From positions 37,642 through 101,641 of the forward strand of contig JAADHJ010000033.1 in the NCBI GenBank assembly GCA_013151915.1: a DNA stretch of 64,000 bases, given 5' to 3'. Origin of the DNA: Deltaproteobacteria bacterium. GTDB taxonomy: Bacteria > BMS3Abin14. The notes beneath the pieces were generated by a model, which was given only the letters and a program-made list of their open reading frames with translations, was not told the DNA's origin and did no database searches. Positions 8,485-18,418 of the stretch are shown one piece after another. The position numbers and the translations under genes were made by a program. Positions within the stretch are counted from its first letter, which is position 1. The number at the start of each line of letters is the position of its first letter.

Positions 8485-9792
8485 ATGTGTCGAGGTTTTC
8501 CTGCACGCTGCCAGCATCCGATATCCCATATGAGCCGTAAACTGGGAAAATACATGGTCCTTGATGAGGTCGGCCGAGGGGGCATGGCGATAGTCTATCG
8601 CGCCAGGCAGGAATCCCTTGACAGGATCGTGGCCATCAAGGAGTTGAACCTTTCCAGCACAACTTCCGACATCAAGGCCAAAGAGAGATTCCAGATGGAG
8701 GCCCGAGCGGCGGCCTCACTCGACCACCCCAACATCATTACCATTCACGACTTCTGGGAAAGGGGTAGCAGGGCATATATCGCCATGGAGTACGTCGAGG
8801 GCCTGGAACTGAAGGAAGCCCTCGACCATCATGGCGCCCTGGACACTGTCCTCGCTGCCCAGATCGGCATCCAGGTTTGCGCCGCGCTCAGTTACGCACA
8901 CGAACGTGGAATGATTCATAGGGATGTCAAACCGGGCAATATCATGCTGTCGGTTCGTGGGGATGTAAAGCTGGGCGACTTCGGTATCGTCTTCATTGCG
9001 GGGACCGCCGACCTGACAACGACCGGACAGGTCATCGGCACCCCTTCCTATATGTCCCCCGAACAGATCAGAGGGGAGGACCCGGGTCCGGTGTCGGATA
9101 TCTTCAGCCTCGGCATTGTCCTTTACGAGTGCGTTACCGGCTCCAAACCCTTCACCGGCCTCAACGATGTGGCTCTGACCCACGCCATCATTCGGAAGCG
9201 GCCTGTCAGGCCCCGGCGCCTGAACCCCCGTATTTCAAGACGGCTGTCAGGCATCATCATGAAATGCCTCAGGAAAAAACCCCACCGGCGTTTTAGCACC
9301 ATGGATGATCTGGCGTCCGCCCTTCAGCGCACCCTTCCGAGGAGGGCCCCCGATACCGCCAGGGTTCTGGCCAGGCTTGTTGCCGGGATCCAGCGGGAGG
9401 GAGAGGCCGACGCCACTATTCCCATGTCGCTCGCAAAAGCCGCCACTTTGTCCGGAAGACGTATCTTCGTACCCGCGGTGGTCACAATCGTGCTGGCCGC
9501 GGTGTTTCTTCTGACGGTACTGTCCGGTTCCATCAAGGAACCGACACATCCCGACGGCAGCGGAGGCCTGGGGATGATTCCCCTCACGGTTGTGGCCTAC
9601 CCATGGGCCGAGGTAACAGTGGACGGCAATACTCTCGGCTACACTCCATCGGCCATACCGTATCAGGTTTCCCCGGGACATCACACTCTGGTCCTGACAA
9701 ACACCAGGTTTGGTTCGCGAACCTTCGAACTCGACGTTACCCGGGGAAAACCCGTCAGCATCAGGGTTGATTTTCTGGAGGACGAAAGATGA
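8485..9792 (+). CDS. Hanks-type Ser/Thr protein kinase with TM helix and C-terminal PEGA domain (probable true start ATG at 8530)
   Basis: Gly loop LDEVGRGGMAIVY, VAIK, HRDVKPGNIML, DFG, GTPSYMSPE. TM FVPAVVTIVLAAVFLLTVL. PEGA-like VVAYPWAEVTVDGNTLGYTPSAIPYQVSPGHHTLVLTN. Its stop overlaps the LysM gene's start. Confidence 0.85.
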   Translation: MCRGFPARCQHPISHMSRKLGKYMVLDEVGRGGMAIVYRARQESLDRIVAIKELNLSSTTSDIKAKERFQMEARAAASLDHPNIITIHDFWERGSRAYIAMEYVEGLELKEALDHHGALDTVLAAQIGIQVCAALSYAHERGMIHRDVKPGNIMLSVRGDVKLGDFGIVFIAGTADLTTTGQVIGTPSYMSPEQIRGEDPGPVSDIFSLGIVLYECVTGSKPFTGLNDVALTHAIIRKRPVRPRRLNPRISRRLSGIIMKCLRKKPHRRFSTMDDLASALQRTLPRRAPDTARVLARLVAGIQREGEADATIPMSLAKAATLSGRRIFVPAVVTIVLAAVFLLTVLSGSIKEPTHPDGSGGLGMIPLTVVAYPWAEVTVDGNTLGYTPSAIPYQVSPGHHTLVLTNTRFGSRTFELDVTRGKPVSIRVDFLEDER

Positions 9793-10688
9793 CGGCATCC
9801 AGGCAGTTCATCAGATCGCTGCCATTCACTCTGGGAGTCATGCTCATTATCTCCGCCTTTCCGTCGAGCCTGTACGCCGCATCCATCCAACATACAATTG
9901 CAAAAGGGGAATCGCTGGCTGGGATAGCCCTGGAATTTTACGGAAACAGGTCAAATTTCCGGGAGATCGCGCTGTTTAACCGGATCGAAAATCCCGCTCT
10001 GGTCCGGCCGACCATGAAGATCCGGCTGCCTTTCTCTGAGCTGGTCACCATGCGGGAAGGGGAGAGCATCAGCATGCTGGCAAAAAAAGAGTGGGGAAAC
10101 CCCAAGCTCTTCCCCATCCTCGCGGCCGCCAACGGCATTCGCAATCCCCAATCCGTTCCAGTCGGGACAAGGCTTAGAATCCCGGTTATGGTCCCGTACA
10201 CATTGGGTGGAGGGGAGAGCCTTTCCACGGTCGCAAGGGACTTTTACGGAAACCCGAAGGCCTATACCAGCATCGCGTTGGCAAGCGGCATTTCCCACCC
10301 TGACCGGGTTCCAGTCGGCACAGCCCTGAGGATACCGCTGATCCTGATAAGATCCTCAGCCGGCGGCGGCGCTAAGGCAGTCGGCGTGCGGCCAGGGAAA
10401 AGGACGTTTTCGGGGCTAAAAGAAGCTCAAGGTGCCTATAGAAGGGGAGAGTTTGAGAAGGCCAGAGACCTGATCGAGAGGAGGCTTTCCGTACTCAGGG
10501 GAAAAGATCGGGCAAAAGCCCTTCGACTGCTGGCCTCATGCTATTATGCATTTGGGGAAAGGGAGAAGGTTATCAGGACGTTGAAAGAATCGTATGCCCT
10601 TGATCCGGGATTCGTACCCGACCCGGCCATGGTAAACCCGGACATGATAACCCTCTACGTGAAGGCTAAAGGGTTGCCCAACCGATAA
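9789..10688 (+). CDS. Secreted LysM-repeat protein (3 LysM-like repeats) with TPR-like C-terminus
   Basis: Signal peptide MTASRQFIRSLPFTLGVMLIISAFPSSLYA. Three repeats of the form [I/Y][A/T]xGESLxxxAxxxYGNxxx...RIP. Confidence 0.75.
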   Translation: MTASRQFIRSLPFTLGVMLIISAFPSSLYAASIQHTIAKGESLAGIALEFYGNRSNFREIALFNRIENPALVRPTMKIRLPFSELVTMREGESISMLAKKEWGNPKLFPILAAANGIRNPQSVPVGTRLRIPVMVPYTLGGGESLSTVARDFYGNPKAYTSIALASGISHPDRVPVGTALRIPLILIRSSAGGGAKAVGVRPGKRTFSGLKEAQGAYRRGEFEKARDLIERRLSVLRGKDRAKALRLLASCYYAFGEREKVIRTLKESYALDPGFVPDPAMVNPDMITLYVKAKGLPNR

Positions 10689-10691
10689 TAA

Positions 10692-11135
10692 TTATTCATT
10701 GCACCTGTTTTCGATTCGTCTCGTGTTGTATACGGCCCTGCCTTCGGCAACGATTGTGTCCCTGTCATCGGCGGAATACACCACAGAGTGGACAACACTG
10801 ACACGGTTACCCATGCGAACCACTTTTGATTCCACGCAGATATCGCAATCCGGACCAGGCCTCAGAAAATCGGTCCTCATGTCAACAGTGGAGATGAGGT
10901 CCCGGAGCTCGAACAGGGACCACACCGCAAGGCCGCCGCAGGCATCGATCACGGCGGAGAGAACCCCGCCGTGCAAAGCGGGCCTCCTGGTGTCACCGAC
11001 CAGCTCATCCCTGAAGGGAACCCTGACCCTGGCAAACCCTTCCCCGCATTCTTCGACCTCAATGCCCAGCAGCTTGTTGAATGGTACATCTTCCTCCATG
11101 AAATGCACCAGTTCGCCGCAGTCCTTCGCCATCAA
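10692..11135 (-). CDS. PaaI/hotdog-fold thioesterase family protein
   Basis: 147 aa. LLGIEVEECGEGFARVRVPFRDELVGD...HGGVLSAVIDACGGLAVWS is typical of PaaI-type thioesterases. Confidence 0.7.
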   Translation of the reverse strand: MMAKDCGELVHFMEEDVPFNKLLGIEVEECGEGFARVRVPFRDELVGDTRRPALHGGVLSAVIDACGGLAVWSLFELRDLISTVDMRTDFLRPGPDCDICVESKVVRMGNRVSVVHSVVYSADDRDTIVAEGRAVYNTRRIENRCNE

Positions 11136-11299
11136 AATCTCCTTTTATTCAGCATTGTGCCTGCCAAAATTTTACAATTCGGGGTCTGGGATCCGGGGGC
11201 TAGATGTTTTTCACGTTCCAAAGCCAACTCACCACAGCGTGACCACTTCCAGGTCACACCACAGGGTTGTTACACAGAGTAAAACTAAGGGTCAGTAGT

Positions 11300-11385
11300 T
11301 TTTTGTTCAGATTATACTCTGTAAAACCCTCATTTAAAATCCTGTGGAGCAGCCTGCGAGGGGCTGCACTGTGGTAAAATAAGGG
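11300..11385 (-). repeat. Family B repeat, partial copy in reverse orientation
   Basis: The reverse complement reads ccacagtgcagcccctcgcaggctgctccacaggattttaaatgagggttttacag, matching the 5' half of the B copies at 22296 and 28487. Confidence 0.55.
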
Positions 11386-11409
11386 GGTATGGGGTCTCCT
11401 CCGGCTGTT

Positions 11410-11760
11410 TTATCCTCGGATCATTACCAGCAGCATCTTGAAGCGTTTGGGCGCATTGATCGAGTGTGGTATATCGGCGGGCATGAGGACCGTCTGTCCG
11501 GCGGTGGTCAGCACGGGTTCCCCTCCGATATTCACCTCCGCCGTGCCGTCGAGAACCTGCACGATGGCGTCGAACGGAGCCGAGTGCTCGCTTAATCCCT
11601 GCCCTTTATCGAAGGCAAAAAGGGTCACAGTCCCCACCTTGCTCTGGACAAGGGCCCTGCTCACGATGGAACCATCTGAATATTCCACCATCTTTTCAAG
11701 ATCGACGGCCTTCCCTGGAGGAAGCCCCCCCGTATCGGATCCCTTTTTAATCTGCGTCAT
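11410..11760 (-). CDS. Cupin domain protein (start taken at internal Met, MTQIKKG...)
   Basis: Two beta-strand cupin motifs GTVTLFAFDKGQGLSEHSAPFDAIVQVLDGTAEVNIGG...TVLMPADIPHSINA. The longer ORF (to 11898) would overlap the aldolase gene. Confidence 0.55.
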   Translation of the reverse strand: MTQIKKGSDTGGLPPGKAVDLEKMVEYSDGSIVSRALVQSKVGTVTLFAFDKGQGLSEHSAPFDAIVQVLDGTAEVNIGGEPVLTTAGQTVLMPADIPHSINAPKRFKMLLVMIRG

Positions 11761-11819
11761 GGTCTCTCTCCTGAATTGGTTGTTTTTGATGGACCGGTTT
11801 AAATTATAGAAAAGACCGT

Positions 11820-13106
11820 TCAGTCGTCGAAATCCCCACCCGGTCCCTTGTCGGTGTTGATCTCCCCGGCCCTCTTGACAATAAGTTTTTCCGTCCACTG
11901 GCCCGGATCCTCGATCCTCCCCGATTTGGGTCCCAGGTCGAAGGAGTCGGCCTGAAGGATGGACTGGACCGCCAAGGGGGCCGTGTCGCTGGCGTTAAAG
12001 ACATCCGTGAGAAGGCGGTATACAAAATCCTCCACAGCCTGAACACTCCTCTCCCTGATTGCCGCCGGTTGACTCAACAGACGGTTCTCGAAAGGACGGT
12101 TGAGCTTCTTGTAGTTGCCGCCTTTCAGCCCGTTTTTCCCGGCGTATGCCACCATCTTCGCCCACAGATCATCGGAAACTCCATCCCCGGAGACCTTTGC
12201 AAATTCACCGTCATCGTTTAAAAACGCATTCCCGTAATCGTTGACCCGAACGCCCCAGCTTATCATCTGCAGGGCTGTGGCCACGTTGGCCTTGGTAGTG
12301 ACCGTCTCCCTGGCGATTTTCCGAAGCCTCTCACTGCTGTTCCCCGATGTACCATGCTGGGCACCGGAAACCCTGTAGGGCTTCAGGGCGGCGTGGATCC
12401 GGGCGGTTAGGTCCACTTGAATGCCGGCATCGCTCTGTTCAATCCCGTGGGTTGTTCCGTTGTTCAGGGCGATCCAGTCCGGGAATATGCCGTGGGCGTT
12501 GAGGCCTTTGATCAGGAAAAGGGCCTCGGCCACGGTGGAGAGCCCCTCCTTGCCCTTGATCTCACCCACCTCCGTTTCCAGGCCGGCCCACCCGGGGACA
12601 TAACCCGCAAGTTCAATGCTGGCCAGGAGATTTCTGTCGTCGGGAAGGTGCGAGGCGTCGATGGCGATGGAAGTGATCCCCGCGTCGAACATGGTGGGGA
12701 TCTCCACCCTGGCCGTCTCGACATCGGCATCGTCCTTGATTCCGTAATGGTCCGCGTGGATGGCGATCGGTACGGTGATGCCCATCTCGTTGGCCAGAGA
12801 ATCGACCAACCGGGCCAGGTTCCAGAAGTTTACGTCACAGTAGGCGTCGGCGCCGCCCTCGGATTTGGCGATTTCCATGATGATGGCAGCGTTGGCTCTC
12901 TGGGCGGCACGCATGGCCCCCCGGATTACGAACTGGTTCCTGCCGTTGGCCGCGATGGTCATAGCCTGGCCCTTGGCGATCATGGCCCGGTCAATAGCCT
13001 TGCCGCTTACGATGAGCGCCCTGGAATTGGGAAACAGTTTGACTATATTAGGCGGACGCCCGATCTCCAGGGCCTTTTCGAAATCCTTCTTAGAGACGGT
13101 TGACAT
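11820..13106 (-). CDS. Class II (metal-dependent) fructose/ketose-bisphosphate aldolase family protein, long form
   Basis: 428 aa from MSTVSKK, with a strong RBS (GGAAGGAGG) upstream. Class II FBA-like motifs IAIHADHYG, AIDASH, QHGTSGNS. Confidence 0.7.
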   Translation of the reverse strand: MSTVSKKDFEKALEIGRPPNIVKLFPNSRALIVSGKAIDRAMIAKGQAMTIAANGRNQFVIRGAMRAAQRANAAIIMEIAKSEGGADAYCDVNFWNLARLVDSLANEMGITVPIAIHADHYGIKDDADVETARVEIPTMFDAGITSIAIDASHLPDDRNLLASIELAGYVPGWAGLETEVGEIKGKEGLSTVAEALFLIKGLNAHGIFPDWIALNNGTTHGIEQSDAGIQVDLTARIHAALKPYRVSGAQHGTSGNSSERLRKIARETVTTKANVATALQMISWGVRVNDYGNAFLNDDGEFAKVSGDGVSDDLWAKMVAYAGKNGLKGGNYKKLNRPFENRLLSQPAAIRERSVQAVEDFVYRLLTDVFNASDTAPLAVQSILQADSFDLGPKSGRIEDPGQWTEKLIVKRAGEINTDKGPGGDFDD

Positions 13107-13209
13107 GCTTGACCTCCTTCCACAATAAACAACACCTTCCACTCGAATCGTTTTCGGGCGGGCTGACCCCTTTCCCACATTTTCAGATTACACGCTCATA
13201 TGGGGGGAA

Positions 13210-13268
13210 ATCAAGGGCCGCGCAAATCGAAGATTTGTGAGGAAAGCGAAAAGTGGTTAACTTTCCCT
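13210..13268 (+). repeat. Family A repeat fragment (hairpins 3-4 only)
   Basis: gcgcaaatcgaagatttgtgaggaaagcgaaaagtggttaactttccc. Confidence 0.6.
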
Positions 13269-15416
13269 TGCGATCCTCCAGCAGTTGTGCACCCCCGGGT
13301 TTCTGGCGAAGTCCCTGGGGATTGTCCGGGCGGTAATGTCCTCGACAATGAGGCCGGAAAGGGAAGCCAAGTCCATTTCAAAACCCCGGCGATTATTGGA
13401 AAAGATGAGTATACCGCTCCCGGACAGGAGCTTCGCCGTCCCTGTTATAAGACCGACATGGTCCCTCTGGACGTCGAAGGTGCCTTCCATCCCCTTGGAG
13501 GCCGAAAAAGTGGGTGGGTCGAGGAAGATCAGATCGTAGCGGGCTTTCGCAGCCTCGATCCATTTCATGCAGTCAGCCTTGATGAAACGGTGGTTTTTCC
13601 CCTTCAGGCCGTTCAATGCCATGTTTTTCCGGGCCCAATCGGTATAGGTGTTGGACATGTCCACAGAGGTGGTAAAGGAAGCGCCGCCTGCGGCGGCGTG
13701 GACGGTGGCCGCACCTGTGTAGGCAAAAAGGTTCAAAAAGTTTTTCCCCCGGGCCATCTCCCCGACCATCTTCCGCGTCAGTCGATGGTCCAGGAAAAGC
13801 CCCGTGTCGAGGTAGTCCTCCAGGTTGACGAGAAACTTCAGCCCCCCTTCGGTCACCTCGTGGAAACGACCTGATTCGTGCAGCTTTTCATACTGGCTCC
13901 GGCCCCTTTGGCGCTCCCTGACTTTAAGAAAAATCTTTTCCGCGGGGATCTTCAGCACCTCCGGGATGATCGACATCACCTGCCGGAGCCGGGCCTCGGC
14001 ACCTGCCGCCTCTACAGTGGCCGGCGCCCGGTACTCCTGGACGTGAACCAGATCACCATAAACGTCCACTGCGACATTGTACTCCGGAATATCCGCTCCG
14101 TAGAGACGGTAGCAGGTAATCCCTTCCTCCTCCGCCCACTTGCCGATGGTACGAATATTTTTACGAAGGCGGTTGGCAAACATCCCGCCGCCGGCTTCGC
14201 GGGATGCGGGGGTACCCGGCGTCTTGGGCCACCCACCGGCCGTCAGTGTCTCCTTGAAAAAACGGCTTTTCTTTATGGTAAAGTGGATGAGCTTGCACTT
14301 GATGGCGCCATTATACAGGGTGTGGGTCCTGACGGCTCTTATTCCCATCTCTTTGCCCAGGTCGGGGTTGCCTGTAAAAATGGATGCGTTCCAACCCTCA
14401 AAATTTTCCCTGAGTGTTTTCCCCAGCCTTTGATAAAGCCCTTTTAATTTATCAACTTCGCCCTGCCTTTCCCCGTAGGGCGGGTTGACCGCCACAAGGC
14501 CAAAATTTCCTTCCCCTGGAGAACGGAGCGAGCCTATATCCTGGCTCTGAAAAGTTATTTTCCCATCAAGCCCCGCCCGCTTCAGGTTTTCCCGGGCTGA
14601 TTTCAGGATTCTGCCGTCCACGTCATACCCCGTGATTACCGGCAAATGGATAAACCCGTCCTTTCTCCGGTAGCGGGCCTCCACCTGTAAATGTGTCCAG
14701 ACCCTGGGGTCGAACCCCTTCCAGCCCATGAACCCGAAGTAGGGGCGTAAAAGTCCCGGGGCGATGTCCGCGGCCATGAGGGCCGCCTCGATGGGCAGGG
14801 TTCCGGCACCGCACATCGGGTCAATAAACGGTCGTCCTTCGGCAGCCATCCCGGGCCAACCGGCCCTGGCGAGAATGGCGGCGGCCAGGTTCTCCTTCAG
14901 GGGGGCGATCCCCTTATCCTGACGGTATCCGCGCTTATGGAGACTCTCTCCGGAAAGATCGAGGCTGATGGTTGCCTGGTTCCTGTGGATGCGGGCATTT
15001 ATGCGCACATCGGGATTTTTGACCTGTACGGACGGACGCCGGCCAACCTGGTCCCGGAAGCGGTCAACCACGGCGTCCTTGATCTTCAGGGCCGCGTACC
15101 GGGAGTGTGAAATTTCCGAACCGGAGACGGTCGTGTCTACGGCCAGGGTGTTGGCTGGGGAAAGGTGATCTTCCCAGGGGATGGACCGGACACCATCATA
15201 AAGCTCCTCGGGGGTCGCTGCCGGAAAAACAGCCAGGGGCATCAGGACACGATTGGCAAACCTCGACCACAGGCAGATCCGGAGGGCCGTCTCCACAACA
15301 CCATCGCAGGACACCCCGGAGCGGGTCTCCTTTATGTTGGAGGCTTCCATGCCACGCAGTTCGCCGGCAAGAAGCGATTCGATACCCATGGGACATGTGA
15401 TAAAAAAAGAATGCAT
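13257..15416 (-). CDS. rlmL: 23S rRNA (guanine2445-N2 / guanine2069-N7) methyltransferase RlmKL (THUMP + two SAM-MTase domains)
   Basis: 719 aa. N-terminal THUMP MHSFFITCPMGIESLLAGELRGM...ETALRICLWSRFANRVL. N6-MTase motif VNPPYGER. C-terminal second methyltransferase domain. Confidence 0.8.
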   Translation of the reverse strand: MHSFFITCPMGIESLLAGELRGMEASNIKETRSGVSCDGVVETALRICLWSRFANRVLMPLAVFPAATPEELYDGVRSIPWEDHLSPANTLAVDTTVSGSEISHSRYAALKIKDAVVDRFRDQVGRRPSVQVKNPDVRINARIHRNQATISLDLSGESLHKRGYRQDKGIAPLKENLAAAILARAGWPGMAAEGRPFIDPMCGAGTLPIEAALMAADIAPGLLRPYFGFMGWKGFDPRVWTHLQVEARYRRKDGFIHLPVITGYDVDGRILKSARENLKRAGLDGKITFQSQDIGSLRSPGEGNFGLVAVNPPYGERQGEVDKLKGLYQRLGKTLRENFEGWNASIFTGNPDLGKEMGIRAVRTHTLYNGAIKCKLIHFTIKKSRFFKETLTAGGWPKTPGTPASREAGGGMFANRLRKNIRTIGKWAEEEGITCYRLYGADIPEYNVAVDVYGDLVHVQEYRAPATVEAAGAEARLRQVMSIIPEVLKIPAEKIFLKVRERQRGRSQYEKLHESGRFHEVTEGGLKFLVNLEDYLDTGLFLDHRLTRKMVGEMARGKNFLNLFAYTGAATVHAAAGGASFTTSVDMSNTYTDWARKNMALNGLKGKNHRFIKADCMKWIEAAKARYDLIFLDPPTFSASKGMEGTFDVQRDHVGLITGTAKLLSGSGILIFSNNRRGFEMDLASLSGLIVEDITARTIPRDFARNPGVHNCWRIARES

Positions 15417-15511
15417 GGGACAATATTAACCCATATCACCACACAGGACACGGAGAAAAACCTGAGATGGAAGATAAGCATGGCGACCGGGGATGCCCGC
15501 GGTGTTTAGAG

Positions 15512-17509
15512 CTATTCTTCTGTACGAAAGCGGTCGATTTCCTCTTTCAGGAGACCGGCCTGCTCGATCAGTTTTTCGACCATCGTATCGAGGTTCCGTA
15601 CGGCAATGAGGCTGGTTCGGGTGATGCTCTTGATTTCCAGAACATTATTAACGACCATCTCACTGACCTTGGCCTCCTCCTTGATCGACTCCAGGATATC
15701 CTTTGCCATTACCATCGTATCTTCGCTGGATTTACCGATTCCGGAGATTCCTCTGGCCTGCTCGTTGGTTGCCATTGTCACAACCCTGGCAAGGTTGTTC
15801 ATCTTTTCCACTGCCAGGATGATCTGTTCACTGCCCTGAGACTGTTCCCTGGTGGCATCAGCTATCTGCTGGAATTTTTCGGACATGCTGCCGGCCATCA
15901 CCATGATCTGCCTTATGGAATCCGCCTGCTCCGCCGTCGTCAGGGCAATGGCCTTGGACGCCTCCGCCGCTTCCTGTGTGTTCTCACCGGCAATCTTCAG
16001 GGTCTCGCTTACCTCCCCGATAAGTCCGACCCCCTCTTCAACTCTCCTGGCCCCCATGTTCACGACTTCAACGGCTTTTTTCGATTCCTTCTGTGTGCTG
16101 GAGATCAGCGCGGTAATTTCCTTGGTTGACTCCGTTGTCTTGTCGGCCAGATCGCGTATTTCGTTGGCGACGACGGCAAAACTCTTTCCATGCTCTCCGG
16201 CCTGGGCCGCAATGATCGCAGCGTTCAAAGCCAGCAGGCCCGTTTGATCGTTGACCTCCTCAATAATTTCAACGATTTTTCCTATATCTTCGGTTTTCCT
16301 GGCCAGATTCTCAATTGCACCGGCCGCCGTGTCCACAACTTCCTTCGCCTCAACTATACCACTGACAGCTTTTTCAACCGATTTGACGCCCTCCAGAGCC
16401 ACCGCCCCCGAGACCCTCTCAGAAAGTTCATGGGCCCTTTTCGCTCTCTGTTCGACCGCCTTAATGGACTGTTCCGTTTCGGTGATTGCGGAGGTGACCT
16501 CGGAAATACCCGCCGACAGTTTCTCCACGTTTTGGGCAACGCCACGAATGGAGGAATTCATCTGGTTGATTGATGATGATGTCTGCCCAACGGAAGTTGA
16601 AAGACTCTCGGCGCTTTCGGAAACCTCGTCGATGGACGCCCCAATTTTCAGAACGGACGCGGAATTTTCCTCGGCCGATTTTGACATTCCCTCAACACTC
16701 GCGGAGATGGCCTGCATGGTCCTGCTCATCTCTTCAATGGAGACGGAGGCATCATCAACCGCGCTGGTCTGTCTATCGGTTCCACTGGACAGTTTACTGG
16801 ATACGTTGGATATCTCCCGCGTCCCGGCCTCCAGGTCCGCAAAAGTGTTGCGAACCCTGGTGACCATATCAATCAGACTGCCTTGCATCTGGTTGAACGT
16901 ATCCGATAGCTGGCCGAACTCATCATTCGTGCCTACTTCCGCCTCCGCCAGCAGGTTTCCAGCCGCTATCTCTCTGGTTTTTCTGACAAGGGTAACCAAC
17001 GGCCTGTTAACAAGGAAGACGACAAGGCCGTAAAGCAAAACCAGCAGGATGACCACGGTGACCGAGGCGCCCAACCAGATCATCCTTGTCAGCTCGGTGA
17101 ACTTCTCCTCAATGACCCTGGTGGAGTAGTGAATGGTAACCTTCCCCAGGGTTTTACCGTCCTCAATGATGTTGAACACGTATTTCCTGTAGGGTCCTGC
17201 TTTCGGATCACCGGCCTGTTTCATTTCGGAGAGGTCATTTCCGAACTGAACAAGGCCGTAAACCATGTTCCCGTCCTGTTCAACATCCAGGATCAACATC
17301 CGCTCGATGGCCTGGTAATCGGAATAATGGAGGTTTTCCAACGCTTTATTCCCTATGGAGGCGGCCAGGGTCTGGGCATTGCCGTCAAACCATTTATACA
17401 TCTCGGAACGCACGCTTTTAAGGGAACCGTAAGTAATCACGCCCCCTAAAAACATGCCTGTTCCGAAAAAAACCAGCATGAAAAGGGAAATTTTATGAAC
17501 GATTCTCAT
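15512..17509 (-). CDS. Methyl-accepting chemotaxis protein (TM, HAMP, MCP signalling domain)
   Basis: HAMP VNRPLVTLVRKTREIAAGNLLAEAE...EFGQLSDTFNQMQ. Highly conserved signalling hairpin GLLALNAAIIAAQAGEHGKSFAVVANEIRDLADKT. Confidence 0.85.
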   Translation of the reverse strand: MRIVHKISLFMLVFFGTGMFLGGVITYGSLKSVRSEMYKWFDGNAQTLAASIGNKALENLHYSDYQAIERMLILDVEQDGNMVYGLVQFGNDLSEMKQAGDPKAGPYRKYVFNIIEDGKTLGKVTIHYSTRVIEEKFTELTRMIWLGASVTVVILLVLLYGLVVFLVNRPLVTLVRKTREIAAGNLLAEAEVGTNDEFGQLSDTFNQMQGSLIDMVTRVRNTFADLEAGTREISNVSSKLSSGTDRQTSAVDDASVSIEEMSRTMQAISASVEGMSKSAEENSASVLKIGASIDEVSESAESLSTSVGQTSSSINQMNSSIRGVAQNVEKLSAGISEVTSAITETEQSIKAVEQRAKRAHELSERVSGAVALEGVKSVEKAVSGIVEAKEVVDTAAGAIENLARKTEDIGKIVEIIEEVNDQTGLLALNAAIIAAQAGEHGKSFAVVANEIRDLADKTTESTKEITALISSTQKESKKAVEVVNMGARRVEEGVGLIGEVSETLKIAGENTQEAAEASKAIALTTAEQADSIRQIMVMAGSMSEKFQQIADATREQSQGSEQIILAVEKMNNLARVVTMATNEQARGISGIGKSSEDTMVMAKDILESIKEEAKVSEMVVNNVLEIKSITRTSLIAVRNLDTMVEKLIEQAGLLKEEIDRFRTEE

Positions 17510-17728
17510 TTTTTCTCACACACCCCTGAATGAAGACAGACGGGTCTTTGCGTAGTGAACCGACAAAAAAAGCCCCATTACCACGGGAATTCACAGACTG
17601 CAAGGCTCCCCCGTGGCCATGCGGCATCCATGTACAATACCGGATAACCCCTCGGGCAACCCTACTATACATCTGCAGAGCATGGCAACATGCAGATGGT
17701 AGTGGGAGGAAAAACACAGTAAGACCTC

Positions 17729-18220
17729 TCAGCTTTTCATGTTGACGAACTGAAGCGGTATTTCCAGCTCCTTGTCCTTAAGCATCCCTATGACATCCTG
17801 GAGGTCATCAATCTTTTTCCCGGTCACCCTCACCTGGTCGTCCTGAATGGCGGCCTGGACTTTAAGCTTCCGGTCCTTGATGAGCTTGACTATCTTTCTG
17901 GCAAGGTCCCTGTCGATGCCTTGCCGGATCTTGGCTTCGCACTTCAGGTGGCCCCCGGAGGTCCCCTCCGGTTCACCGACATCGAGACATTTCGGATCTA
18001 TCTTCCGGCGGACCAGGTTCGAGACTATAATATCCTGGATCGCCTTCATCTTCATCCTGTCCTCAGCCACCATTTTGATGGTTCCGTCCCCCCGGTCAAG
18101 GTCCACCTCGGATGTACCCTGACGAAGATCATAACGTGTCAGAATCTCTTTTCTGGTATTGTTAATCACGTTATCCACTTCCTGCATGTCCACTTTGCTC
18201 ACAATGTCGAACGACGGCAT
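17729..18220 (-). CDS. yajQ: YajQ family (UPF0234/DUF520) nucleotide/c-di-GMP-binding protein
   Basis: 163 aa. MPSFDIVSKVDMQEVDNVINNTRKEILTRYD... closely follows the YajQ N-terminal consensus. Confidence 0.8.
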   Translation of the reverse strand: MPSFDIVSKVDMQEVDNVINNTRKEILTRYDLRQGTSEVDLDRGDGTIKMVAEDRMKMKAIQDIIVSNLVRRKIDPKCLDVGEPEGTSGGHLKCEAKIRQGIDRDLARKIVKLIKDRKLKVQAAIQDDQVRVTGKKIDDLQDVIGMLKDKELEIPLQFVNMKS

Positions 18221-18291
18221 ATCCCTTGACCTCCTCGTATTTTTCGGTTCACCCTGGAAATAAGTACCTGAATGAAGCCCAGATTGATGGA

Positions 18292-18380
18292 AAAGTTAAT
18301 TTAACACAGGGTACACGGGGTTACATAGAGTTGCACAGGGTTTATTCAAAACAATTCTTTTGACCCTGGTTTACTCCGCG
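18292..18380 (-). repeat. Family B repeat, partial copy in reverse orientation
   Basis: ttaacacagggtacacggggtta is the reverse complement of taaccccgtgtaccctgtgttaa in the B copy at 22296. Confidence 0.5.
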
Positions 18381-18418
18381 GTACCCGTCTTCGTCCTGCG
18401 TACTGCGCTGCGTCCAGG

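Noticed and set aside
12417-13103. Long antisense ORFs inside confident genes (e.g. 920-1474, 5679-6248, 12417-13103, 16251-17033, 23066-24151, 25683-26525, 29478-30569, 38444-40225, 42663-43628, 46358-47113)
   Set aside because: These are typical stop-codon-poor antisense frames of GC-rich coding sequence. Their translations are low-complexity (Arg/Pro/Gly-rich) and carry no recognisable motifs, while the opposite-strand genes have strong family signatures.
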